From the IMG/VR virus record IMGVR_UViG_3300025133_000033: DNA of 64,000 nt. The stretch is one strand, 5' to 3'. This DNA comes from a virus. Each line of letters starts with the position of its first letter. The first letter of the stretch is position 1. Below are positions 37,801 to 47,054 of this stretch, one piece after another. The translations under genes were made by a program, and so were the position numbers. The notes beneath the pieces were generated by a model that was given only the letters and a program-made list of their open reading frames with translations, was not told the origin of the DNA and ran no database searches.

Positions 37801-39047
37801 CTAAGTCAGCAATAATGAGTATGGATGGATTACTACGCCCTGTGTCAAAGGCTGGGGATGGGAATCTTTCTCAATATACTTCTTGGGGAGGAGGCTATTG
37901 TACAGACTTTCCCGGTCACGCTAGACAGTCCGATCCTCCCGTTAGAAGCTATACTGGCTTAGCAGTCACTTTAGATTATCTAGACGCTTTAGCAAATCCT
38001 AGTTCTTCTCTACCAACAGATCGTTCTGATACCGCTTTGAGTGGGCATGATATTGAGATTTTAGCTCGCGGCTCCACCCCTCCTCAAAGTGGATGGGCAA
38101 TAACAGAGGGGGCTGATAATGCAGAGGGTTATTCTAGCGATTATCGCTTTTTTGCACTTCGTGGTCCTCTGCTTATTCAACAGTGGGGATATGATCTTGA
38201 AGGCAAGCCCGTTCCAAACAAGGCAGATGCTCCTGCTGATGCACGAGCGGGGAGTTTTCAGACTTCTACTTTGCATGATAAGTTTATGGATGGATGGCTG
38301 CAAGATCCAAAGTCATGGCCATTAGCTCCTCTTGATCTTCGTCTGGATCGAGACAGAGGAGTATGGACTACTCCTCAGCCCCCTAGACCTGTTCATGTTA
38401 CCCCAACAGGCTTTTGTTTATTATCCTCTTCTGGAGCGACCGTTAATAATTCCAGCACAATGTATAAAGCTGATGGAACAACGGTGACTAGTAAGCTAGT
38501 AGATGTAGCATGGCCTTGGACTATTGCTCCTCCTACAGGGATTGGTAAAATTCCTACATATTATGATAATGTAGACTGTAAATATTATGCCTATCCGATC
38601 AACCGTCTTAATGTGGGATCGTTTAGTGGATGGGGAGAGAACGATGATGAACGTACGGTTACTTCCGTTGGAAACGTAACTGATGAAATACATGATACTA
38701 AGAGATTGCTCTTTCAAAATATCCTTGGCCTACCCGGCTCTGGCTGTAAGCCTCTTGCTGGAAATGGGCTTGGGTTTGCAATCAGCGGACACTTAGATTC
38801 TTGCTCAAGAGATGTATATGTTTCTATAACTGGCTCGCCAAGACTTATTGATAATGCTACAGGCACTTGGAGCCTTAACTACATATGTGGTATCAATGTG
38901 AATAAAGACGGGTCTGGATATGTGAAGGACGTAAACTATACTTGTGCAAATCTGACGGGGTTTATTACAGAGTGCAGTGAGTTAGTAATGGTTATGCCTA
39001 CGGGTGACTTGTCTTTATGTGTTTGTGGTCCTGATACTCAGGGATAA
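34878..39047 (+). CDS. large tail tip / baseplate hub protein (1389 aa)
   Basis: Position; beta-rich; Cys-rich C-terminus. Confidence 0.55.
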   Translation: MAVLGQNLCTPARIYGPIPQVLFCGCSVLSFNAQAGWNEQSSSMSIELIQDTCAGPRVWWDQSLARQSSSSLADPGFTFPEPGVAAYFRVEEDPDGATEADRGGFEYAGIVEGWTQKNDANGNPVYTVKLVDPRVIIENTQVIVNNFPGQTSGVWNLINAYGFIESLGDTCTSSPAQAIGGVSWLNTIGNQANSRGMVWNDVRCAISTLTAANNRPMASFFYDDWCRDARILYVGPDPADDGYGIIERDAVITDPVFQTIPNANLNASFYLIDIREIPFTPLYYRISGPNISLMEMISQVCQDAGCDYYVELLPFRNAGNVFKMIKVRVAVRSTQPTLGVIDDFIAAKQAAVAKANGGILAYTKGEEIRNESTSTYLIGGELRQHFEASASNMLPFWGLDINGDLIHATVANDEYSVRMDLSRLNVSLNTPFAAQFQWITERELRAALSDIDAWKEVTHFIDGDFAVWLRTIKQHKRFRQQLLMDALNEKLPAAAISIGGPDANSLDKAFNEAEAKDLEMAYEFVRTYADEFYGKQWLVNATSFVCFTTDPESSKLRYSHEPSTEGCWVNDDVTTVIGLTHDSTSTDFFRDETGKYQPIVKFPLVSAQRIGGGAFSYTADPSKLGDDNYITDGVGELWVKAEVDERWVMGTPLVPAASTISFLLKTNAPVTNNTSDTNNFIEAFGGLDILLDDEALINANPLIQDRGQFALGALHFALAPSAALAPTLNHVQVYGAWGVAGLPGQVDLETDDGFVPWEYGSDTIMNQAAYNKVSDSVTQMRKGERGSITVAGLPNIPLGAELFSVDSASPPHSQGTQKYLGTRVQSLYQCSPIIPHISIDMNEWTGEFGPNVTNITVNAGAGGFTTEYQFSTYTPTFGRFNKDNAERLKQVGQTRLSNMRNIRAQNALRRQVGASIARGRQILLNQLGRTDRVPKSAHHTFVGRYLDVGPGYRNELASHAVRELTLGISTDAVYAKSAIMSMDGLLRPVSKAGDGNLSQYTSWGGGYCTDFPGHARQSDPPVRSYTGLAVTLDYLDALANPSSSLPTDRSDTALSGHDIEILARGSTPPQSGWAITEGADNAEGYSSDYRFFALRGPLLIQQWGYDLEGKPVPNKADAPADARAGSFQTSTLHDKFMDGWLQDPKSWPLAPLDLRLDRDRGVWTTPQPPRPVHVTPTGFCLLSSSGATVNNSSTMYKADGTTVTSKLVDVAWPWTIAPPTGIGKIPTYYDNVDCKYYAYPINRLNVGSFSGWGENDDERTVTSVGNVTDEIHDTKRLLFQNILGLPGSGCKPLAGNGLGFAISGHLDSCSRDVYVSITGSPRLIDNATGTWSLNYICGINVNKDGSGYVKDVNYTCANLTGFITECSELVMVMPTGDLSLCVCGPDTQG

Positions 39048-39063
39048 TTTAACGGAGAAGATT

Positions 39064-39333
39064 ATGAATGAGAAGCCTATCGCTGAAAGAATAGATGAGG
39101 TGGTGGCTCATCTTGAGAAAAACGAAGACATACGCTTAGACAATATCCACACCAAAGATTCCCAAGGAGTGGGAGATACTTTACATAAGGTATTCGAGAA
39201 GTTCGGCTTGACAGAAGAAGGCATTCAGCAAGCAAGTGGGATGCGTTGGTGCGGCTGTCATAAGAGGCGTCAATTCTTAAATCGCATCTTCCCGTATAGA
39301 AAAAAGGCTGACCCAGAACAGGGCAAAGATTAA
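39064..39333 (+). CDS. small hypothetical protein with CGC..R...LN motif
   Basis: GGAG RBS; last gene of the + arm. Confidence 0.55.
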   Translation: MNEKPIAERIDEVVAHLEKNEDIRLDNIHTKDSQGVGDTLHKVFEKFGLTEEGIQQASGMRWCGCHKRRQFLNRIFPYRKKADPEQGKD

Positions 39334-39427
39334 AAAAAGGGCCAGGGTCATTTAAATTCTTTTGACCCCGACCCCCCACTTGCCCGACGTCACGGTTGTC
39401 ACACCGCCAGTCGCAACAGGACTACTT

Positions 39428-39820
39428 CTAGTCCTTCTTTTTATATACGAACCAACCCTTATTGGGCAAGAAGCCCGAGTGTTGTTCTGCATAAGCCTCT
39501 TCATCTGCTCGTCCTTGCTTCTGCGTATCAGATAGTAGACTCCATCTATGCTTAGGGTAAATCTCTCCACCCTTTCCTTTGACTTGACCAAAGACTAGCT
39601 TTGCTCTGCATTGAATGCTTTGGCAAACTATCTCTAGCCAGTCATTGTCATCTTTATCTTGACGACAAACAAATCTCACATCCTTGTTTCCACATTTTCC
39701 ACACTGGCTATGCTGGAAGATTTCTTGGACACGGGCCATACCCTTGAACAAGTCAACTTCTTTATCGGAGTCTACATCCATCCAGATAGCATCAGTTATC
39801 TTAACTCTAGCAACAGTCAT
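39428..39820 (-). CDS. Zn-ribbon hypothetical protein
   Basis: CGKC...CQSIQC; GAGG RBS. Confidence 0.65.
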   Translation of the reverse strand: MTVARVKITDAIWMDVDSDKEVDLFKGMARVQEIFQHSQCGKCGNKDVRFVCRQDKDDNDWLEIVCQSIQCRAKLVFGQVKGKGGEIYPKHRWSLLSDTQKQGRADEEAYAEQHSGFLPNKGWFVYKKKD

Positions 39821-39823
39821 TTC

Positions 39824-40579
39824 TTACCTCTTCTTGTCGAACGATTCTTTCCAGTTTTCATCATAGCCTACTAGATCTTCACTGATAGTAGACTGGTTAC
39901 GTTGATATTCTGCCAACTTAGTCAGAATAAATCGCCCCTCAATGTTTTTAACATCTCTGAGCTTCTTTGCAGCTTTCGCTGTTTCTTGAATAACGGCCAA
40001 CGCATTGACGTTATTACGCTTACACATCTGGTTTATAGCCAGGATTTGCTGATCGTTAATAGGTTCTCCACCAACATCCTCATCAGGATCTTCGGTTGTT
40101 ATTATCTCTTCTGCTGTTTGTACACGAATCTTTAAAGCACGACGCAAAGCCTTGCCTTCCGCTCTTGTACATGCAGTAGCAACAATATGCTGATTAAAAG
40201 GAGAGGGCAACTTACTGCCGACAACATCGACACAGGCCGAAACATCCAGGGTTCCTTTACCATCATTTCTTTCAAAGACAAGTCTATGCTTAGCAGTACA
40301 CTTACCAGTAAGGGCTTGGGCTGGAACCTCAAGGATGTGAGTATCAGATAAAAGGATTTGGCCAAATACCGCTTCAGCTACACGTCGTAGTCCATCAGTA
40401 GTAGGACTTCCATATGAAAGCTCATGGTCTGCAAGCTGATCAAGGATATGCTCAACCCAATCAGAATCAGTACACTTGTGTTGAGGCTCGGTAGAAGAGT
40501 TGGTAGTAATAGCCTCGTCTTCAATAACCTCATCAATGATGCCTACAACGCTTAAATCTTCATCTTTTATATTACTCAT
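39824..40579 (-). CDS. putative ssDNA-annealing protein (Rad52/Sak/ERF-like)
   Basis: ATACTRAEGKALRRALKI...TAEE motif resembling annealase core helices. Confidence 0.5.
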   Translation of the reverse strand: MSNIKDEDLSVVGIIDEVIEDEAITTNSSTEPQHKCTDSDWVEHILDQLADHELSYGSPTTDGLRRVAEAVFGQILLSDTHILEVPAQALTGKCTAKHRLVFERNDGKGTLDVSACVDVVGSKLPSPFNQHIVATACTRAEGKALRRALKIRVQTAEEIITTEDPDEDVGGEPINDQQILAINQMCKRNNVNALAVIQETAKAAKKLRDVKNIEGRFILTKLAEYQRNQSTISEDLVGYDENWKESFDKKR

Positions 40580-41376
40580 ACTTCAAAATACCTCTCGTGT
40601 TCAGGGGGGAACTTATTCTTTACTTTAGCTAGAACCTCTTCAACGCTAGACCAGAGTTCTCTCATGTAGCGTTGAGATTCTCGCTTAACTAATTTTACTC
40701 TGATAAGTACCATTCCCGAAGACAAAATCAGGCCATTCTTCTGTTGATCTGCTGCCTGCCTCTTCTCAAGCTTGTCTTCTCCAAACACGGGCTCAAAGTG
40801 TAGAGGCCCATCCACCTCGATTGCAGCCCGACATGAAGGAACATACAGGTCTATATGTAGCCTTTCGTTCTGCAAGATATGTTCTTTATGCTTGTCTACT
40901 CTATATCCCTCCTGAGTGAGCTTTTCGAACAGGAAGTTCTCCGCCTTAGATCCATTTCTGGATGCCTGCTGGATCGCCTCGCTGCTCTTTTTAAAAAAGG
41001 TCGCCCTCTCACTGGGGGTCTTTTTATTCCATGCTTCTTTGCCTATATTTGACCGATCATTTCTTTCATTTTCAGTCAATCCATCCCATACTTTTCCTTG
41101 ACTTTCACTGATCTTAGCTCTAGTCTCTTGTGATTGAGTTTTACCCTCTGTGGGATGCTCGTTTCGACCTTCCGAGATGGCCACTTTTTGAGCCTCTCTT
41201 TTGTCTCTAGACTGAACTCCAAGCTTAGTAGCATCTCTACGAACCTTGTTTGGATATGTCCCCACTAGCTTGGCAACCTCTCCCCAGCTTAATTGGTCCT
41301 TATTATACCATTTATTATAGTGCTTCAAACGAACACTATCTGGCTCTGCGAAAAACTCTTCTCTTAGGGTTGTCAT
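40576..41376 (-). CDS. Vsr/DUF559-like endonuclease with NUMOD3-like DNA-binding segments
   Basis: GKTQSQETRAKISES; SKAE...HIDLYVP...IEVDGPLHF. Confidence 0.7.
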   Translation of the reverse strand: MTTLREEFFAEPDSVRLKHYNKWYNKDQLSWGEVAKLVGTYPNKVRRDATKLGVQSRDKREAQKVAISEGRNEHPTEGKTQSQETRAKISESQGKVWDGLTENERNDRSNIGKEAWNKKTPSERATFFKKSSEAIQQASRNGSKAENFLFEKLTQEGYRVDKHKEHILQNERLHIDLYVPSCRAAIEVDGPLHFEPVFGEDKLEKRQAADQQKNGLILSSGMVLIRVKLVKRESQRYMRELWSSVEEVLAKVKNKFPPEHERYFEV

Positions 41377-41819
41377 AGTATCACCTCCTCAAGCGATTCT
41401 CTATCCCAATTATACGCAATCCCCGCAGGCTGTTTAAATAGCTGACTAAATAGATTATAGTGGGTCTTACCGCGTGCAATTATCTCCATCTCGTCATGAT
41501 AAAAAATCTTATTAATTTGTTGAAAACCAAACTGTTGTAGCTGCATCCATTCAAAATGCCAAATATAGTAGTATTTCTTAGTTGCGGTTAAGCAGTTCGC
41601 AGCTACTTGTGCAGATAGCATTGAAGTAGCAATCAGTATGCCTGGATGATGAAGTGCTTCTATCTGCTGCATAATAGCAAACTTATTCTCCATCGGCAAC
41701 TGCTTCAAGCCGCTGGTAAATAAATATACATCCTGGGTTTTTGATAGCTCATTCAGAGCCTTAAACATAAAGTGGTTTTGGGGCGAGCCCACGACCTCAT
41801 CAACAATTACGCCTATCAT
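41373..41819 (-). CDS. glycosyltransferase-like hypothetical protein
   Basis: ILIATS...KKYYYIWHFEW resembles a GT-B N-terminal half; cluster context. Confidence 0.4.
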   Translation of the reverse strand: MIGVIVDEVVGSPQNHFMFKALNELSKTQDVYLFTSGLKQLPMENKFAIMQQIEALHHPGILIATSMLSAQVAANCLTATKKYYYIWHFEWMQLQQFGFQQINKIFYHDEMEIIARGKTHYNLFSQLFKQPAGIAYNWDRESLEEVIL

Positions 41820-42645
41820 ATTGGTATATCCTTTGTTTGGTTATTTCTCTTAGTTCCTCAAGGCCCAGCTTATCAAATATTTCAGATAAGGTGTGGTGGT
41901 AAGTATCTTGGTAGGCCATGACCACCTTGTCTGCGAGTAGCTCTTTGCCTTTAATAGCCTCTTGGCATTTTTCAATCAATTCCTCAATGCTGCTGAAGTT
42001 GTGCTCTTCCTTTTTTTGTCTAGAAAAAACAAGAGGAGTGCAATTATTATAGCAGGCATCATTAACCCTCTGCTCATCAAATGAGACAAAGACCTTTGCG
42101 GAAGCAAAAGCTTTCTTATAGTCGTCGGGTCTAAGCTGCCCCAAGTAGTTTGGGATTGGTACGCGAGTGTTGCCATAAATTTTAGTTTGAAATTGGTGGC
42201 TTAATACCCTCAATGCCAACATTTCAAATTCATTCTTTATGTCTGTGTTGTCTGTTATGGCTACTACATCGGTAAGAAAACTAGGAGCCTCTTGACCGCC
42301 AGTCATGTCCACCATGTCCGTAGAGTAGCCCATCATTATGTCAGCACCATTAGATACCTCATCAGTCATACCTATTCTAAGATTAGGAGTAGCGGTACTT
42401 AAAGTAGGTTGAAATTGGAAGAAGACAAACTTAGTGTCTGGAAATTCCTTTTGAGCCAATTCTATAGATCTATCTAGAGCATCCCTATCATGGTAGAAAA
42501 GAATATCAGGCTTTTGGTCCTGCATCAAATCGAATAGAGGCATCTCTTGATCGTTCCACAGGAAAGTATGTGGAATCACAGTCCTTAGTGCTTGGGCTAA
42601 CCCATAAACTCTTAGGTCTGGATGCTGGGAAATAAATACCTTCAT
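41800..42645 (-). CDS. GT-B/CgeB-like glycosyltransferase
   Basis: KPDILF, KIYGN...YLGQL...YKKAFASAKV, HTLS near the C-terminus. Confidence 0.5.
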   Translation of the reverse strand: MKVFISQHPDLRVYGLAQALRTVIPHTFLWNDQEMPLFDLMQDQKPDILFYHDRDALDRSIELAQKEFPDTKFVFFQFQPTLSTATPNLRIGMTDEVSNGADIMMGYSTDMVDMTGGQEAPSFLTDVVAITDNTDIKNEFEMLALRVLSHQFQTKIYGNTRVPIPNYLGQLRPDDYKKAFASAKVFVSFDEQRVNDACYNNCTPLVFSRQKKEEHNFSSIEELIEKCQEAIKGKELLADKVVMAYQDTYHHTLSEIFDKLGLEELREITKQRIYQYDRRNC

Positions 42646-43346
42646 ATAACCGTCCCTACCCTTTCTAAATCTTTATTAGTATCAATATCAATTACCCTTG
42701 CTTTCTTGTCATAACAACCAGCCACCTTGCCTCCGTTTGAGACAATATGATTGATGGCCTCAAATCCAAATCTAGAATAGTAGATAGGATTCCAACAAAA
42801 TTCTTTTAGAAGCTTAAGCTCGCGACCCTTAAAGAACCCCATCTGACCCCACTTAACAGGAAGGTCATACATCATGTTCTCTAATCCTCCTTTTTTATTT
42901 ACAATACATCCCACTTCCTTATCTCCCATTATTTCATCTCCTACAAGAATAGAGGAATGGTTGTAGTCTATAGTACGTAAGGCATATTCATTAAATACTA
43001 AGTCCCCATATACCACAAGAACATCTCTCTTGCAAGCCCGAAGACCCATTCCCAAAGACCTCACTACATTTGTATCCTCGTATCGCTCGTTTTCTACTTT
43101 AACAATTTCGCTTGGGGTGTTATTCATTAGCCGGTCAGCATCAAAGCCTGTAACAAGAATAATATTAGAGGCAGGAAGTACCTTGCGAAATAGCTTAAGC
43201 TGGTTAGCTAGTATTGTAGTGTTGTTCTTGATCTGGATTAGGGGCTTTGGCCCATAAGACTTCATACGACGGCCTAGTCCTGCCGCAGGAATTACAATAT
43301 CAATAGGAGGTAATTCGTGAGGCTTATGAATATGACGAATGCTCAT
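42642..43346 (-). CDS. sugar/phosphocholine-type nucleotidyltransferase
   Basis: IVIPAAGLGRRMKSYGPKPLI, TNVVRSL, VYGDLVF, DIDTNKDL. Confidence 0.85.
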   Translation of the reverse strand: MSIRHIHKPHELPPIDIVIPAAGLGRRMKSYGPKPLIQIKNNTTILANQLKLFRKVLPASNIILVTGFDADRLMNNTPSEIVKVENERYEDTNVVRSLGMGLRACKRDVLVVYGDLVFNEYALRTIDYNHSSILVGDEIMGDKEVGCIVNKKGGLENMMYDLPVKWGQMGFFKGRELKLLKEFCWNPIYYSRFGFEAINHIVSNGGKVAGCYDKKARVIDIDTNKDLERVGTVI

Positions 43347-43825
43347 TACTTATATACCGTAATTAAAGGGTCTGGTAAATGGATAAATAATCTATTCGCT
43401 TGCATCATATACTGCATCACTCTAATTTTAGAGTCGGACCCCTCATCAAAATTGATGGGGATTGTCAGATTAGCAAAGAAGCTTTCGTCTGGCAAGTCTC
43501 GTCCGCTAAAGAAGTCTACAAACTCTTGCCCTCTTGTTTTGATTAGAGCATCTGTATATACGAACCCTATTTCTGGGCAACGGCTAAATAAGTCAATCAC
43601 TATTGCCTCTAAAGAGGAGTTTGTAATCTTAGTGTCTTGCGTAATAAAAGCCACAGGGTTTATTTTTTCTGTGGGATTAAAAAGAGCCTTTGTATGCTTG
43701 TTAAAGAACTCATGCTCTGGCAACTTGTTTTCGTTGCGAATAACAATATACTCTTCAGGTAGCTCGTAGTCATTATTAACCAAAAAGGTCATTCTAGGCA
43801 TGGGCATATTTCTTTCGCCTCGCAA
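43346..43825 (-). CDS. degenerate GT2-like protein
   Basis: PEIGFVYTD and FIHLPDPL motifs; true start may be a few codons downstream. Confidence 0.45.
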   Translation of the reverse strand: MRGERNMPMPRMTFLVNNDYELPEEYIVIRNENKLPEHEFFNKHTKALFNPTEKINPVAFITQDTKITNSSLEAIVIDLFSRCPEIGFVYTDALIKTRGQEFVDFFSGRDLPDESFFANLTIPINFDEGSDSKIRVMQYMMQANRLFIHLPDPLITVYK

Positions 43826-44643
43826 ATAAAGTTGGTTCCGTTAGCTTCAAACTTCTCTATCTTGTCTTCTAAATGAATACCAAAAGCATTCCCTCCATGC
43901 TTCTTATGGGCGGTACGATTGACAATCATTCCGTTAAGGTCGTCTACTGGTTTTCCAAACCCCACCTGCATCATCTTGATTAGAATTGCATCATTCAATT
44001 CTTTACTAAAGTCTTCGGGCACTTTGAAGGAGGAACGGAAGACAACATAAAAAGGATATGATAGATCTCCGGTAGAATCAAACACTAGATCAATCCAGCT
44101 TCTATCACTTAAGCTGTCATCATAAACATTCTTGCATGAATACTGATAAAACTCTTGGTCCTGTATCGCCTCTAAAATGCTACTAGGCTGAATATTATTT
44201 TCAGGATCTTTAACAAAGTCTATATACTGCTGATTGATAACGGTCACCATATTAGGCACAACCTCTTGGGTTTTTAGATTGTGTAATATATCCTTTAGTT
44301 GTAGGAGGGTGCTTCCTTTTTCAAAAAAGATGATGGCCTGATAGGGACACTTCGTAGTCATGCGGGCTATATCTTCCCAGCTACTACGAGGGTAGTCTTT
44401 CATAAGCTCTTGGGTACGATAAAATAAACAGAATCTACCATTTATTAGATAGAACTCTTTATGAGATTCATCGAATACTTCTAGCACCTCAATACCTGCC
44501 TCTTTATAATCTTTTATCTTGTCAAGAGAGCATCCCTTCTGACGGTCCTTCTCAAACTTAGCAAAGACGCAGTTTCTACAGGTGGTATGGATATGACTAA
44601 TCTCTACGTCTTCTTGAACCTCTTGAGCCTGTTCGTCTATCAT
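43789..44643 (-). CDS. hypothetical protein, Cys-cluster N-terminus plus GT-A-like region
   Basis: CRNCVFA...GC...FC; LKTQEVVPNMVTVIN. Confidence 0.45.
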   Translation of the reverse strand: MIDEQAQEVQEDVEISHIHTTCRNCVFAKFEKDRQKGCSLDKIKDYKEAGIEVLEVFDESHKEFYLINGRFCLFYRTQELMKDYPRSSWEDIARMTTKCPYQAIIFFEKGSTLLQLKDILHNLKTQEVVPNMVTVINQQYIDFVKDPENNIQPSSILEAIQDQEFYQYSCKNVYDDSLSDRSWIDLVFDSTGDLSYPFYVVFRSSFKVPEDFSKELNDAILIKMMQVGFGKPVDDLNGMIVNRTAHKKHGGNAFGIHLEDKIEKFEANGTNFICEAKEICPCLE

Positions 44644-45035
44644 GTTCTTGTGACCTCCATTAGGTAACGGCCATTATTTAGTCCTGCGAATTTAACAGGC
44701 CATTTCTTTTGTGCAAAATATATTTTCAAAGTAGCCACAGAATTCAGATTATTGACTCTAGAGAAAAAATTAGTCGCTGATTCTTTTAAAGACATATCCC
44801 CATAATGAACCCTGCGGCATATATCTAGTGCGTCTATTCCCTCAAGGATTAGACTTCCCCCTTTACGAACCTTCTCTGTAATTGAATCTAGGATATCAGG
44901 ATTTTCAGACATTTCTAATACGTCCTGAACACAGATCTTCTGAAAAAATGAATTAGGGGCGAGTGCGAATTCTTCTTCTGAAATCTGAGTTCCTGAATTG
45001 TTTTTAGCTACAACCAGCTCTATTTCTTTGTGCAT
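44640..45035 (-). CDS. methyltransferase-like fragment
   Basis: DVLE...KVRKGGSLILEG pattern. Confidence 0.35.
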   Translation of the reverse strand: MHKEIELVVAKNNSGTQISEEEFALAPNSFFQKICVQDVLEMSENPDILDSITEKVRKGGSLILEGIDALDICRRVHYGDMSLKESATNFFSRVNNLNSVATLKIYFAQKKWPVKFAGLNNGRYLMEVTRT

Positions 45036-45036
45036 T

Positions 45037-45987
45037 TTATCCTCTCAGGTAGAATGAGTTTCTAGCGTAATTGAATACATCGTTCCACAACTGAACGAAT
45101 TTATCTGGACTATGCCCTTCGGTCGCTATCGAAAGAGCATTTTCTATAACTTGCTGTGTTTTATCAAACTCTAGTATTTGCTGAACAATGTCTGGCTGCA
45201 TAAGAGAGTTTAGATTTTCAATTATAATAATAGCTCCTTTCTCTAGAAAGATATCAAAGTCAGAGCTTTTAAGAGTGACTACCGGAATTCCTAGAGCCAT
45301 AGCCTCTAGCATCTTAGGAGTAATGGTTTGCCATAAGTGAAGATAGAAGGCCGCTTCGGACAAAGAGGTGGTAAACCTGATATCAGTTAAAGCAAGAGGC
45401 AGGCTCTTTATATACTCTTCTGGTAAATCCTTATCCACTGCAATTTTTGTATTAGCTCTAGGATTGACCTTTCTCTCTATCGGATTATGAGGAATAGGTA
45501 TGGTAGTAGAGACGGAAGTTGAGGTGGAGGTCCAGCCCTGTGTGATTGATTTGCTAGACCCTACGGTAACAATCCCCCCCCGTTGATACATTGCCTCTGG
45601 ATTATCAATGCTTAGATTAGCAAAGAAGGGGTGTTGAAGCTTGGTAGCATTGCTTACTATATCAACAGTAACGATTGGAATATGCCAAGCTCTCGATAGA
45701 CCGGAAGCAGTCTCCCATTGTCCAAGCCTATTAAAACAAATGATTAAATCATACGCTCTTTCGAATGAGAAGAGGGGATTTCTGCATATTCTTAGATTCA
45801 GAGGAGTATGCTTAACCTCTCTTTTCCATTGTGATAGATGATATTGTTCTGTAAAAAGAAAGAAATTATGTCCCGTCTGGCACAAAGCTGAGATATAATC
45901 TTCTTCGTTATCACACATTACAATAATGTTGAGCTTATCGTCTGAGGATCGAGTAGCTGTTCTAATAATATTCTCTAATTGATACAT
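45037..45987 (-). CDS. GT-B-like glycosyltransferase
   Basis: YDLIICFNR; MLEAMALGIPVV; FVQLWNDVF. Confidence 0.65.
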   Translation of the reverse strand: MYQLENIIRTATRSSDDKLNIIVMCDNEEDYISALCQTGHNFFLFTEQYHLSQWKREVKHTPLNLRICRNPLFSFERAYDLIICFNRLGQWETASGLSRAWHIPIVTVDIVSNATKLQHPFFANLSIDNPEAMYQRGGIVTVGSSKSITQGWTSTSTSVSTTIPIPHNPIERKVNPRANTKIAVDKDLPEEYIKSLPLALTDIRFTTSLSEAAFYLHLWQTITPKMLEAMALGIPVVTLKSSDFDIFLEKGAIIIIENLNSLMQPDIVQQILEFDKTQQVIENALSIATEGHSPDKFVQLWNDVFNYARNSFYLRG

Positions 45988-47054
45988 AAGAAGCCCTTTA
46001 TTTCATTGTTTGGCACAGTAAATAACTGCTGCTTAAAGGCCGCTAGTCCCTGTTGAATTCTTTCAAACTCCTCTTTTTCAAACGCTGCCTTCTTCATACA
46101 AGACATTATACTCGCAATCTTTGGTTTTTTCCATAGAAACTCAGCACTCCACAGGTGATCAATTTGCCGCTGAGGATATACTGGTACATCTTCAAATGTT
46201 TCAACGTAGAAATCATAGTCATCACCAAGTATAGCTGCTGTCTCAGGAACAATTGGAATACTTCCGTGAACGATTGCTCTTAAAAGATTTTGATTAGGAG
46301 TATAGTTATATCCTGCATCAACATAGAAATTTCCTTTTTGATGAAGGAAGTTCACTATCTCGTTGGATGAATTATTAATAACAACAACATTTGGGTAGTA
46401 TTCACTTAAGGAATATATGCCCAAGGAGCTTTTCAGCTCAGACACTTTATCTTGGATAGATTGAGACAAGTCTTCTCTGGTGCATACAGCAAATTGAACT
46501 GAGTCATGAACACTAAAGGAGGCAAGATAAGCGGTCAGCATCTCTTCTAGCCCCGACCTAGTATCTAGCGTTCCTACTGTATAGAAGCATGTGTTTGACG
46601 ATGGCAACTCTAGATGATGAGTTTTAGTAATCATGTGTAGAGGAGGGAAGTCAAAATTAAAGACTTTATCGCAATCAATCCCCGAAGATACTAGCAGTTG
46701 CTTTTCTGACTGAGAGAACACAATGATCTTGTCCATCAACTGTAAATGGTAAATCCAGTCTGTATTATCAATGCGGCTATCTACGGAGAGGACCGCTATG
46801 TTGGTTTTAAAATCACCATTATAATTAATAAATGATGGTAGGCCATGCTGTATTAATATGTCTTTTGTCGATAGCTTATTCTCCTCGTAAATTTCTAACG
46901 TCTCAACGTCCTTGGAATCTTTTTCGTCAGTAAACCAGGCGGGACGAAGCACTAGATTAACATCCTGTGCTGCCAGTAAAGTAGCAAGGGCTTTGCTTGT
47001 GTAGCCCCAGTCATCATTTTGTCTGTATGGTCCTATATAGAGTATATCTATCAT
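45975..47054 (-). CDS. GT4-like glycosyltransferase
   Basis: ILYIGPYR..WGYTS; DKIIVFS; FYTVGTLDTRSGLEEML. Confidence 0.65.
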   Translation of the reverse strand: MIDILYIGPYRQNDDWGYTSKALATLLAAQDVNLVLRPAWFTDEKDSKDVETLEIYEENKLSTKDILIQHGLPSFINYNGDFKTNIAVLSVDSRIDNTDWIYHLQLMDKIIVFSQSEKQLLVSSGIDCDKVFNFDFPPLHMITKTHHLELPSSNTCFYTVGTLDTRSGLEEMLTAYLASFSVHDSVQFAVCTREDLSQSIQDKVSELKSSLGIYSLSEYYPNVVVINNSSNEIVNFLHQKGNFYVDAGYNYTPNQNLLRAIVHGSIPIVPETAAILGDDYDFYVETFEDVPVYPQRQIDHLWSAEFLWKKPKIASIMSCMKKAAFEKEEFERIQQGLAAFKQQLFTVPNNEIKGFLCIN

